A stretch of DNA of 54,102 nt from Patescibacteria group bacterium UBA3531 (lineage in GTDB: Bacteria; Patescibacteriota; Minisyncoccia; Phycocordibacterales; UBA3531). Shown piece by piece: positions 19,411 through 28,829 of this stretch (position 1 is its first letter; every line of letters starts with the position of its first letter). The position numbers and the translations under genes were made by a program. The notes beneath the pieces were generated by a model. The model was not told the DNA's origin. It searched no databases and saw only the letters and a list, made by a program, of their open reading frames with translations. The stretch covers positions 1 through 54,102 of the forward strand of contig DFOW01000002.1 in assembly GCA_002376885.1 (NCBI GenBank), in the 5' to 3' direction.

Positions 19411-21345
19411 CTATTGCGTAACTTGCGCATTATTTCCTGTCCCCACAATAAAGAGAGGGTCATTGTTGCCATCGAGCGCGGTACTAATTGATGATTCTTG
19501 ATCGCGAAGTGTTTGGCCTGTGAAGGTGTCAAACCCTTCAAGATCTGACTGGAACAAAATGACAGGAATGGTCCCTACTTGAGAAAGACTTGGTAGAAGC
19601 TCGATTTGGAACGACACCTCTTTACGTGCTCCTGGAGAAAGCGAGCTTACATTCCAGGTAATTTCGCCTGTCGTGCTATTAAACCGAACGTCTTCGCTTA
19701 GAGGACTAATAAGATCCTTCCATGTCACATACAATGGGATACTTGATTTTACTTGTGCATTTGAGATTCGGTTAGATGAATTTACAAGAGCCCACGTCAC
19801 CGTATACGTTGTTCTTTGCTCTGCCTTTGGCGGGATAGGACCCGTGTTCCCAAACGGACCAACACTGTGTGTTGCAAATGCATTTAACTGAAGTGCAGAT
19901 GAAATCTTAATATCTTTTTCTTGTGTTACACGAATCGTCTCACTTGGGAATCCTGGAGAAATTCTTTCTCCTCTAAAAATAAGAGACAGAGTAATGTTTG
20001 GGTTGGTAAAGTTGCTTCCTCCTGCCCCAAAGAGCGATACCGTATCAAAGTTAAACCGAACGGTTCCTGATTCTCCTGACTCAATAACCTGAAGAGTCCT
20101 GTCTGTGTTTTGATTCCATAAAATCGTATTTATTGATGAGTCGTAAAATCCTTTATCGGGCTTTACACTTCCCTCGTCAAACACATCACCCCGAATCAAA
20201 ACGGAAAGTTCCCCATTTAAGATTCGTGAATCGGTATTGTTCTCCCACGTAATTTCCCCTGCGATTGTTTTGCCGCTCTGTGCAGCAACCTCGCTCCCTC
20301 GCTCGCCGTTAACTACAAAGTCTACCGCCACAAACGGCTGTTCGATAGGAACCGTTTGAACAAATGAGTTGTAGAGGACATCGATTTCTCGAGTACTATT
20401 TGGATCTTGGATCCCTGCGTTTATTTTAAAGGTTCGCTCTTCGTTTGGTTGCCCTTCAATGCTTCCAATCACTGTAATATTTTTGCGAGCGCTTGGAGAA
20501 AGATCCCCTAAGAACCAAATGTTATCGCCAAACGTCGGGCGTGGATCAGAAGTCTCAAACGTAAAACCAAATGGGTATTCGGCAACAATCATAAAATCAT
20601 TTACGACAGAGTTTGAGTTTGAAATAGTATCAATGGTAATTGCAAAATCTTCTCCCGCATTAACTTCGGTTGGAATATCAACCGATAAACTCACAGGAGA
20701 CGTCGCTAAAACAACCGTATAGTCCTTTTCTTTTGAGAAGGTTGCGCTAGACCCTTGGGCCCGATACTCAAGGCTAATTAACAAATCACGTTCGGTATTT
20801 TCTTCGCCAAAAAACGTCAAATCGAGGTCTTTTGTGATAGATTGCCCTGACTGAAGCACACCAAGCGTGTCGGTATAACGATCACCGACAGGACGAACTC
20901 CGTCCACCAAAACTCCTTCAGGGAATTGTATACGTAGATCTGCCGTCTCAAGTGCAACGTCGTTTTCGTTCGTAATAATGATTTGAAATGGAACCTCCTC
21001 CCCACCCTGAACACTTGCAGGAGCCTTCACTAAAATATCAATATTTTGTGGTGATGTAACACGTGGCTTGATCCAAATAAAATAAAACGAGACACTCACT
21101 GCCAATATAAAAAACCCAATAGAAAATAAAAGGAGCTTATTTAAAAATGATGTTTGAAATACTTTTTTACCCACTTCTTGTTTGTTAGGAATTTTTTGTT
21201 TCCATTCTCGCGCCACACGTCCAACATCCCGCGGATCGAGTCGTTGCCGTTTATAACTCAAATTGCTATCTTTTTGATACAGCTTTTTTTCAAGATCGCC
21301 AAGATGACTCTCTTCGTTTTTGTCTTCAGGTAGCTCGTTTGCCAT
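19411..21345 (-). CDS. Membrane-anchored multi-Ig-like (DUF11-like) protein
   Basis: Single TM followed by repeated beta-sandwich modules; GPIPPKAEQRTTYTVTW motif. Confidence 0.6.
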   Translation of the reverse strand: MANELPEDKNEESHLGDLEKKLYQKDSNLSYKRQRLDPRDVGRVAREWKQKIPNKQEVGKKVFQTSFLNKLLLFSIGFFILAVSVSFYFIWIKPRVTSPQNIDILVKAPASVQGGEEVPFQIIITNENDVALETADLRIQFPEGVLVDGVRPVGDRYTDTLGVLQSGQSITKDLDLTFFGEENTERDLLISLEYRAQGSSATFSKEKDYTVVLATSPVSLSVDIPTEVNAGEDFAITIDTISNSNSVVNDFMIVAEYPFGFTFETSDPRPTFGDNIWFLGDLSPSARKNITVIGSIEGQPNEERTFKINAGIQDPNSTREIDVLYNSFVQTVPIEQPFVAVDFVVNGERGSEVAAQSGKTIAGEITWENNTDSRILNGELSVLIRGDVFDEGSVKPDKGFYDSSINTILWNQNTDRTLQVIESGESGTVRFNFDTVSLFGAGGSNFTNPNITLSLIFRGERISPGFPSETIRVTQEKDIKISSALQLNAFATHSVGPFGNTGPIPPKAEQRTTYTVTWALVNSSNRISNAQVKSSIPLYVTWKDLISPLSEDVRFNSTTGEITWNVSSLSPGARKEVSFQIELLPSLSQVGTIPVILFQSDLEGFDTFTGQTLRDQESSISTALDGNNDPLFIVGTGNNAQVTQ

Positions 21346-21378
21346 TAACGAGAGTATAGCATTTGGGTTTGGGTCTTT

Positions 21379-21990
21379 CTAGAGCCCACTTGCTTGGAAG
21401 GATTCATTCACTGCTAAGATGCATTCCTTTTCTTTTCCAAGAAGTGAGTCTAGGTTCTCTCTCTCCCATCTGCTAAATCCTAAAACACTTTTAAAAGGAA
21501 TCGATTCATGTCGTGTCTCAAGATCCTCTTTTAAATATCCAAGCGATGAAAGTATCCGGAGCACAAGCAAAAGTTCAAAACGAGAGAGTTCTTCTTTTTT
21601 AAGAGGTAATGCATTTAAAAATTCAAACGCCAAAACTGTATCATTAAACAATTCCGTATGTGGTTCCTCTTGGCCCAAAAAACGTTTAATAAGTGCGAGC
21701 GTTTGAACAAAGACAGATCGTTTTCCGCTGTCGGCTCGCACTCCCGATAAATAATCTTTTTCTTGTGCATTTACTACTCGCCACACCTCCCGCCCCCGAA
21801 CAAGAGAAACTTGCGCATATGAATGATTTTGAAGAGCGGGACGAAGCTTTGATTCCATTTTTCGAAGACCATCCGCATGAGCATACACAAGCCCAAAATC
21901 CTTGGTAAATAAGGCCAAAACAGAGGCTGTCTCTCCTTTTTGATATGAAGAGAGAACAAGGGCATCGGTCGTATAAATTTCGTGACTCAT
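21379..21990 (-). CDS. recO: DNA repair protein RecO
   Basis: YTTDALVL...GE....LFTKDFGLVYAHADGLRKMESKLR N-terminal OB-fold pattern. Confidence 0.85.
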   Translation of the reverse strand: MSHEIYTTDALVLSSYQKGETASVLALFTKDFGLVYAHADGLRKMESKLRPALQNHSYAQVSLVRGREVWRVVNAQEKDYLSGVRADSGKRSVFVQTLALIKRFLGQEEPHTELFNDTVLAFEFLNALPLKKEELSRFELLLVLRILSSLGYLKEDLETRHESIPFKSVLGFSRWERENLDSLLGKEKECILAVNESFQASGL

Positions 21991-24900
21991 TATTTTTTAA
22001 GAGAAAGCTTGTAGCCAAGATCCCCGTCTTTAAGTTCTTCTCCTGTAACGTCTCCAAATGCAATATCACTCGTATTAGTAGAGTCTATAATTGTTTTTTT
22101 ATTTGCTTCTACTATTTTTTGAACAGTGTCATTCGTTGAAACCGTAAGAGAAATGGTATCGTCTGGAGAACATCCTTCTTTTTTACGTAGCTCTTGAACG
22201 TTACGGATAAATTCTCGCACGTGCCCCTCTTCTTTTAATTCATCAGTTATGTTGGTGTCAAGAATAGTTTGTGATTTTTGATTACTGTCCACCACAACCT
22301 CTTTTACATTAAGTTCTTCTTTGATGAGTCCTTTGTATGAATCAGGTAAATCTTTTTGGATTGTGATCTTTGCAAGTGATTGCCTTACCTTTATTTTTGC
22401 TTCAGCACGATTAAGAAGCCCGCTTGAAACAATCTCTCGAGTTTCTTTCATGGCAGAAAGTATCTTTTCATCTTTTGTTTCGATTTTTGGCCAATCTGCT
22501 AAGTGAACACTCTCGGTATCCCCCTCCTCTTTTGTTACCTGGTACACATCCTCTGCAACAAACGGAGCAAGCGGCGCCATAAGTTTTGAAAGCTCGTGTA
22601 ACACATAGCCAAGTGTTTTAAGTGCGTCAGTTTTTTCTTCTTCACTCTTGAACCTGGCGCGGGAACGCCGCACATACCATTGCGACAAATCTCCAATAAA
22701 CTCACGCACGGCTCGTGCTGGGCCAAACAATTGATAGTTTTCGAGACCATGCGTAACCGCACTATTTAATTCAGAGAGTCGAGACACAATCCAAACATCC
22801 AGAACATGTTTACTGGTGTTGTCTCTCTTAACACTTTCGTCCCTATACAGCTCATAGAATTTTTTAGTGTTTCCCAAGAGATTGAGAACCTTTTTAACAA
22901 TCTCATCAACAGTACGTTCATCAAAGTTTTTGGCATCACCTGGTTGGTTAACCGAATACATCCAAAGACGGAGTGCGTCTACTCCATACTTATCTGACAC
23001 CTCCCATGGATCAACAATATTCCCAAGCGACTTAGACATCTTTTTTCCCTTTTCATCTAAAATGTGTCCCAAAGAAACAACATTTTTATAGGCTTTTCCA
23101 TTCCCAAGCAAAACCCCAAGAGCATGGAGTGTATAAAACCACCCTCTCGTCTGATCGATTGCCTCACTAATAAAGTCTGCTGGATAGCCCTTTTGTTTTT
23201 TAAACCAACCTTTTTGAGGACGAAATGTATCACTATTTTCAAATGGGTAATGGTCTTGCGCATACGGCATTGCCCCCGAATCAAGCCATACATCCATCAC
23301 CTCTTTGGTTCGAACCATCTTGTCTCCCTTTGAGTCTCGAAGAATAACTTCGTCAATGTACGGACGATGAAGATCAATTTCATGATTACCATTGTGTGGG
23401 AGATACGCAAAATCAAATTCTTTCACTTCTGCAGTTTTTACATAGTCTTTAGTAAGATCTTTTATATGTGCTGTCTCCTCATTGGTAAGGCCCTCTTTAA
23501 CTGCTCCGAGCATCCATACAACATATTCGTGAGTAATAATAAGAATTGTTTTTCCTTCATATTGAGAATCGACATCATAGATAAATTCTCCCGCTCGTTT
23601 CTTTACATCTATCGCAGTCTCCCCTTCTGGAGGTCGTTTAGTAAACTTTTCATACACTGAAGAAAAGAACGCTCGATACTCTTCTACTGGTTTTAAGTTA
23701 AAAGTGCCGGCATCAACTTCTTTAATCCTGTGATCATACATAATCTGATCTTTTGAAATACCAAGTTCTTTTGCTACGCGCTCTGCTGTTTCTTTGGTGC
23801 GCAAAAACGGCGATGCAACAATAAAATCAATCTTCTTACTCTTTAGTGTTTTGATAGCGTCGTCTACTTCTTTCTTTCCTTTGTCTGTTAGGTGATGCAG
23901 ATTATCTTCTTTTGAACTTAGTATATTTTTTGCATTGCTTTCTGCTTGGCCGTGACGCATCACAAAATAAGTATTTCGTTTTGTCTCTTTTTTAAGCTCA
24001 TCAATTGAACCAATGGCTTTTTGCTCTTTTCCATCTTTTGATAGCCATACGGGGAGCGGTGTTCCCCAATATCGTTCACGAGAAAGCGACCAATCTTTTA
24101 CCTCGCGCAACCATTCTCCAAATCGTCCATCTCGAATATGATCAGGCTCCCAATTGATGTCATTATTTTCGGCAACAAGCTTGTCACGCAAATCTGTCAT
24201 TCGTATGTACCAGGAATCGCGCGCATAATAAATGAGTGGAGTTTTACAGCGCCAACAATGAGGGTATGAGTGCTCATACTTCTTTTTATCAAACAAAAGC
24301 CCTCTGTGCGCCAAATCTTTAATAATAGTTACATCTGTCTCTTCATCTTTTACGAATTTGCCCGAGAGCTCTCCTGTCGTATCAAAAAAATATCCGTCTT
24401 CCTTTACTAAATGTTTTTTGGGAAGACCTACCTTGTTTCCTAACTCAAAGTCATCTTGCCCATACATAACAGCTGTGTGAACAATTCCTGTTCCATCTTC
24501 GATGGTTACAAAATCAGCTTCATACGCTTTCCAGCCGTTTTCTTTATCTTTTAGATTTTTATCGCCTGAAAGAAAGTCATAGAGTGGTTCATATTCCATA
24601 CCTGCAAGCTCGCTCCCCTTCATCTCTTTTACAATGGTATATTCATCATCTCCAAATACTGCCTTTAATCTATCTTTTGCAAGAATAAATCGAACTAACT
24701 TGCCGTCACCCATATCCTTTTTTTCAATTTCGACATAGGTAATGTTAGGACCAACAGCAAGAGCAACGTTACCCGGCAAGGTCCACGGAGTCGTTGTCCA
24801 TGCAAGGAATGACGTATCTTCTTTTCCTTTTACACGAAATTCTGCGGTAACTGATAAATCTTTTACATCGGCATACCCTTGTGCAAGTTCATGACTTGAA

Positions 24901-25463
24901 AGTGCTGTACCACACCGAGGACACCACGGCACCACTCTATAGTCTTTATAGATCCTGCCGTCATCGTAAATTCGCTTAACAATGTTCCATACCGACTCTA
25001 TATAATTGGTTCGATACGTAACGTATGGATTATCCTGATCAATCCAATAGGCTACTCTGTCGGTAAACTTCTCCCATAAATCAACATATTGCCAAACGCT
25101 TTCTTTACATTTTTGGTTAAACTTCTCAATACCATAACTCTCAATTTCTTTTTTGCTTTTGAGTCCTAGCTCTTTTTCTACCTGAAGTTCAACGGGGAGT
25201 CCGTGCGTATCCCACCCTCCCTTGCGGCGCACGTGGTAGCCTTGCATGGTTTTAAACCGAGGAATGGCATCCTTAAAAGCCCGGGCCTCTAAGTGATGAA
25301 TACCTGGTTTTCCGTTTGCGGTTGGAGGACCCTCGTAGAAAATAAACTCCCCTTTGGGAGATTCTTTTTTTAGGGATTTTTTGAAGATATTACGCTCCTT
25401 CCAAAAAGCGAGCGTCTCTTCTTCCCTTTGGGCTATATGACTTTTCTGGTTCTTGTCCTGCAT
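21990..25463 (-). CDS. ileS: Isoleucine--tRNA ligase with an inserted histidine phosphatase domain
   Basis: EGPPTANGKPGIHH, GWDTHGLPVE, WTTTPWTLP, SRERYWGTP, DQTRGWFY, KMSKS; insert MRHGQAESN. Likely start ATG 25463. Confidence 0.95.
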   Translation of the reverse strand: MQDKNQKSHIAQREEETLAFWKERNIFKKSLKKESPKGEFIFYEGPPTANGKPGIHHLEARAFKDAIPRFKTMQGYHVRRKGGWDTHGLPVELQVEKELGLKSKKEIESYGIEKFNQKCKESVWQYVDLWEKFTDRVAYWIDQDNPYVTYRTNYIESVWNIVKRIYDDGRIYKDYRVVPWCPRCGTALSSHELAQGYADVKDLSVTAEFRVKGKEDTSFLAWTTTPWTLPGNVALAVGPNITYVEIEKKDMGDGKLVRFILAKDRLKAVFGDDEYTIVKEMKGSELAGMEYEPLYDFLSGDKNLKDKENGWKAYEADFVTIEDGTGIVHTAVMYGQDDFELGNKVGLPKKHLVKEDGYFFDTTGELSGKFVKDEETDVTIIKDLAHRGLLFDKKKYEHSYPHCWRCKTPLIYYARDSWYIRMTDLRDKLVAENNDINWEPDHIRDGRFGEWLREVKDWSLSRERYWGTPLPVWLSKDGKEQKAIGSIDELKKETKRNTYFVMRHGQAESNAKNILSSKEDNLHHLTDKGKKEVDDAIKTLKSKKIDFIVASPFLRTKETAERVAKELGISKDQIMYDHRIKEVDAGTFNLKPVEEYRAFFSSVYEKFTKRPPEGETAIDVKKRAGEFIYDVDSQYEGKTILIITHEYVVWMLGAVKEGLTNEETAHIKDLTKDYVKTAEVKEFDFAYLPHNGNHEIDLHRPYIDEVILRDSKGDKMVRTKEVMDVWLDSGAMPYAQDHYPFENSDTFRPQKGWFKKQKGYPADFISEAIDQTRGWFYTLHALGVLLGNGKAYKNVVSLGHILDEKGKKMSKSLGNIVDPWEVSDKYGVDALRLWMYSVNQPGDAKNFDERTVDEIVKKVLNLLGNTKKFYELYRDESVKRDNTSKHVLDVWIVSRLSELNSAVTHGLENYQLFGPARAVREFIGDLSQWYVRRSRARFKSEEEKTDALKTLGYVLHELSKLMAPLAPFVAEDVYQVTKEEGDTESVHLADWPKIETKDEKILSAMKETREIVSSGLLNRAEAKIKVRQSLAKITIQKDLPDSYKGLIKEELNVKEVVVDSNQKSQTILDTNITDELKEEGHVREFIRNVQELRKKEGCSPDDTISLTVSTNDTVQKIVEANKKTIIDSTNTSDIAFGDVTGEELKDGDLGYKLSLKK

Positions 25464-25516
25464 AAGGTAAAGATTACAGGAGAAAACACCCTCTATCAAC
25501 TTAATCAATCATTTCA

Positions 25517-25645
25517 GGGATAGGTTTTGAGAACCTGCCGGAGACGAGCATGCTTGGTCGATCATTTTATAGAATGATCGATGCGAGTCGAGGATAAGCG
25601 AGCGCTCCGCTGGAGAGCGCGAAGCGGGTTCTCAAAACCTATCCC
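25517..25645. repeat. Structured intergenic element (GCCGnA...GAGGATAA family), copy 2
   Basis: Outer stem GGGATAGGTTTTGAGAACC/GGTTCTCAAAACCTATCCC; core shared with 13560-13670. Confidence 0.7.
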
Positions 25646-25656
25646 CAAAAAAAATC

Positions 25657-27297
25657 CTACATCTTATCGGGTGCTTCTATACCTAGCAAGAAGAGTCCCT
25701 TTTTAAGGGTTTCTTTAACCGATTGCGTAACAAATAGTTTGTAAGCACTCGCTAGGTTATCTTTTTCTACAATAGGAGCCTCTGCGTAGAAGGTATTAAA
25801 GAGTGATGCCAGATTATGTAAATACGTTGCGATGTAGTGCGGTGAATATTCGTGTGTTGCTTTCATAACTTCTTCTGGAAAGTGAAGAAGGGCTCGTTCA
25901 AGCGGAAGTGTTTCAGTAAGTGGAGTCTCATCACTTGGAGTAATTCCCTCTTCTTGTGCTTTATGTAAAAGAGAATTGCACCTGGCATGTGTATATTGTA
26001 AATACGGACCTGAATCACCTGTAAATGAAAGAGACTTTTCGAAATCAAAAATAATATCTTTTCCTGCTTCTTGTTTTAGCATTGAATATTTAATAGCAGA
26101 AACGGAAACTTGATTTAAAAGAGTTCCATCTGTGATTTTCTCTTTTAATGTTTCTCCCACATCGTTAAGGAGGGATTCTCCGGTAATAACATCTCCTGTT
26201 CGTGAAGACATTTTACCGCCCGGAAGTCTAAGCATTCCGTGTGGAATATGTTTTGTTTTGTCTGCAATACTCGCTAACTCTGGAATTTCACTTGCGGCTG
26301 CGCGCACTACTTTAAAGTAGTCTGTAATTTCGTTTCCGGTCACTACCACAAGTTCGGTTGGGTCCCATATTTCGGTTTTTCTTTTAAAGTTTCCAAGATC
26401 TTTTGCCTCGTATGTTGGGAATCCTTCACTGTTTATGAAGACACGGGTATGGAGCCCTACCTTTTCGCCCTTATAAATGGTGGCTCCATCACTTTCTTCA
26501 AACACATTCGGGTTCTTTTTAATAAGCTCTACCCCAAGAGGGCCCGTCTCACTCTCAAAAATATAAAAATCAAAACGCGTTCCTAATCGTTTGTAAATCT
26601 CTTCAAACCGAGCAAGGCTTTCTTTTCGTCCTTTTTTATAGATCTTTGTAATTTCAGGATCGCTTTCTTCGTAGATTTTTTTATTAATCTCTTTTATTTC
26701 TGTTTGTGCTTGGATGTCTTCTTTAAACGCCGTTGCTCCCTTTGCGTACGCTTTCCCTGAATCTGTTTCCCCTTTTTTCATACCCCACACCGCCATGGCA
26801 ACATGCATTCCTACATCCCCTTGAAAATTGGCTCGTTTAATTTCGGCTCCAGAAAACACGAGGAGTCTTGAAACCGATTCTCCAATGGAGTTGCTCATTA
26901 AGTGCCCAATATGAAATTCCTTAAATGGATTAGGGTCTGTGTACTCAATTAAAATTTTTTGCCTCTCGAGGGAAGTGTTTTTGCCATAGTCTTCATTCCC
27001 CGCACTCTTTGTATTTTTTTGAATGTGTTCTCTTGTGAGTGTGAAGTTTATAAAACCGGGGCCTGCGATCGTGACTTCTTGTACCCACTCTGGCTTATTG
27101 TTTTCAATTTCTCCTTTTATTTCTTCTGCAAGCTGTCGCGGGTTTTTACCAGTGTTTTTTGCATACACAAGCGCTGCATTCGTTGCATAGTCACCATGAG
27201 CGGGATCGTGCGGAACCTCAACACTAAAAGAGTCCCCTTCAAGCGAAAGTTTTTTAAGGGATTCTTCTATTATTTTTCGTAAATTGTGGCCAACCAT
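25657..27297 (-). CDS. argS: Arginine--tRNA ligase
   Basis: HGDYATN, AGPGFINF, PNPFKEFHIGH, KMSSRTG, GDSGPYLQYTHAR, LGIEAPDKM. Likely start ATG 27297. Confidence 0.97.
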   Translation of the reverse strand: MVGHNLRKIIEESLKKLSLEGDSFSVEVPHDPAHGDYATNAALVYAKNTGKNPRQLAEEIKGEIENNKPEWVQEVTIAGPGFINFTLTREHIQKNTKSAGNEDYGKNTSLERQKILIEYTDPNPFKEFHIGHLMSNSIGESVSRLLVFSGAEIKRANFQGDVGMHVAMAVWGMKKGETDSGKAYAKGATAFKEDIQAQTEIKEINKKIYEESDPEITKIYKKGRKESLARFEEIYKRLGTRFDFYIFESETGPLGVELIKKNPNVFEESDGATIYKGEKVGLHTRVFINSEGFPTYEAKDLGNFKRKTEIWDPTELVVVTGNEITDYFKVVRAAASEIPELASIADKTKHIPHGMLRLPGGKMSSRTGDVITGESLLNDVGETLKEKITDGTLLNQVSVSAIKYSMLKQEAGKDIIFDFEKSLSFTGDSGPYLQYTHARCNSLLHKAQEEGITPSDETPLTETLPLERALLHFPEEVMKATHEYSPHYIATYLHNLASLFNTFYAEAPIVEKDNLASAYKLFVTQSVKETLKKGLFLLGIEAPDKM

Positions 27298-27323
27298 AAG
27301 GGTCATTCTATCATACGCATCGA

Positions 27324-27354
27324 GGCCCACGGTTGTCTCCTTCCGTGGGCCTCT
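27324..27354 (-). terminator. Hairpin closing the small GC-rich cassette
   Basis: GAGGCCCACGG ... CCGTGGGCCTC inverted repeat. Confidence 0.55.
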
Positions 27355-27379
27355 TGTTTCTGCTCTGCGTTCGGCTGAA

Positions 27380-27577
27380 CTACGTGTCGTGGACCTCGAC
27401 TCCGGCGGGTTCTCCCATGCCGGACTCTTCGACGATCTCGAGGACATCCTCCGAATCCTGCTCATCCGCACCCTTCTTGAGATCTCTCTCGGGGTGCCTC
27501 TCGCCCACCTCGACGATGAGCTCGAGAGCGGTCGGTTTCCGACCCTCGTCCTGCCAACACATGACCGATACCCCCAC
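27380..27577 (-). CDS. Small GC-rich acidic hypothetical protein or gene remnant
   Basis: GC3-rich codon pattern in this frame; TTGACT upstream (27621-27626) and a hairpin downstream. Confidence 0.35.
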   Translation of the reverse strand: MGVSVMCWQDEGRKPTALELIVEVGERHPERDLKKGADEQDSEDVLEIVEESGMGEPAGVEVHDT

Positions 27578-27682
27578 TTGGTCAAAGGTTCTGCTTATGT
27601 GATACCAAACTCTTACTTAGAGTCAATATCACACAAATAAACCTGTTCGTATCTTTCTATTCCTATTATATAATAATTTAAT

Positions 27683-28246
27683 CTAAAAGTCAAGTAGTGC
27701 TTTTTTAACGCTTGAGAGGTCTTCTACCCCATCGTCATTAGTAAAATGCCCTTTATTATGTTCAGTAATAATTTTTGCATTTAAATACTTTTCAAATCGT
27801 TCTTTATTGTCTTTGTATGGAACGTAGGGATCATCGTCTGAGAGAACCACAACAATATTTGAAGTAACTTCTTTTATTTTTCCAAAATCTATATTTTCTT
27901 CCTCCCATGGTTTTACAATTTCTTGATCCTCAAGATCATCTATGCCCGTTAACGTAAACCAGCCACCCATAAACACTGCCCCTCCAATTTTTTCGTTAAT
28001 CGTTTCGAGATATCTCATTATTGCCTGACAACCTATACTATGACCAATAAAAAAGGTTTCCTCGTCGGGAGCCCCCACAATATCCTTAATATGCCCTATC
28101 CATTCTTCAATTACTGGCTCATCTGTATTGGGCATCCGAGGAATGACCACCTCAAATCCTTCTTGTTTACATTCGTCCCCTAGCCACCTGAGAAGCTTTT
28201 CATCCGGGTTTCCTCCCCACCCATGAATAATAAAAAGTCGTTTCAT
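27683..28246 (-). CDS. RBBP9/YdeN family alpha/beta hydrolase
   Basis: IIHGWGG, GHSIGC nucleophile elbow, SDDDPYVP, GHF. Confidence 0.92.
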   Translation of the reverse strand: MKRLFIIHGWGGNPDEKLLRWLGDECKQEGFEVVIPRMPNTDEPVIEEWIGHIKDIVGAPDEETFFIGHSIGCQAIMRYLETINEKIGGAVFMGGWFTLTGIDDLEDQEIVKPWEEENIDFGKIKEVTSNIVVVLSDDDPYVPYKDNKERFEKYLNAKIITEHNKGHFTNDDGVEDLSSVKKALLDF

Positions 28247-28392
28247 CTTAATTCTTTTTTAATTTGATTATAACAATCAACACACAGGTGGGATTTTTTT
28301 ACCGTACCCTCTTTATCTGGAGGACCAAATAAAATACCTCCAAAATCTTTTAACTCGTTTCCACATTTGTCGCAGTCTGGTTTAATCGCCAT
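28243..28392 (-). CDS. 49-aa zinc-finger-like protein
   Basis: Not in the track. [49 protein letters not shown] with two CxxC pairs; overlaps both neighbours. Confidence 0.75.
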   Translation of the reverse strand: MAIKPDCDKCGNELKDFGGILFGPPDKEGTVKKSHLCVDCYNQIKKELR

Positions 28393-28771
28393 TTTTCTTT
28401 TTAAAATCTAATGCCACTGAATTGATGCAGTATCGCTCTCCTGTTTTGTCTTCTGGTCCATCGGGAAATACGTGACCTAAGTGAGCACCGCAGTTTTTGC
28501 ACGTAACCTCTATACGCTCCATTCCATGGCTGGTATCGGTGTGTCGTTCTACGGCATCTGAGTTTGCCACATCATAAAAACTTGGCCACCCGCTGTGCGA
28601 ATCAAATTTTGTGTCGGACGAGAAAAGTGGAGCGTTACACACAATACACGTATACATTCCATTTTATTTGTGTTTGTAGAACTTGCCGGTATACGCCATC
28701 TCGGTTCCTTTTTCTTGAGTAACTCGATACGCCTCCTCCCCAATTTTCTTTTTTAGATCTTCTTTATCCAT
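28382..28771 (-). pseudogene. msrB: Peptide-methionine (R)-S-oxide reductase with an in-frame TAA at codon 36
   Basis: [30 protein letters not shown]...[11 protein letters not shown]...[10 protein letters not shown]...RYCINS in one frame. Confidence 0.85.
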
Positions 28772-28829
28772 AGATTGATTATAACAAAAAGAGAGGGCCG
28801 CTCCTTTACAGAGCGGCCCCTTCTGTTCC

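Noticed and set aside
25464-25656. T-box riboswitch upstream of ileS
   Set aside because: No T-box consensus or specifier stem; the sequence instead matches the repeat at 13560-13670
27298-27585. 95-aa N-terminal extension of ArgRS in the ORF track
   Set aside because: R/S-rich read-through of the GC-rich cassette and its hairpin; a -10 box sits directly before ATG 27297
28664-28666. Stop-codon reassignment or selenocysteine in msrB
   Set aside because: The codon is TAA, not TGA, it is not at a Cys position, and TAA/TGA end many genes normally
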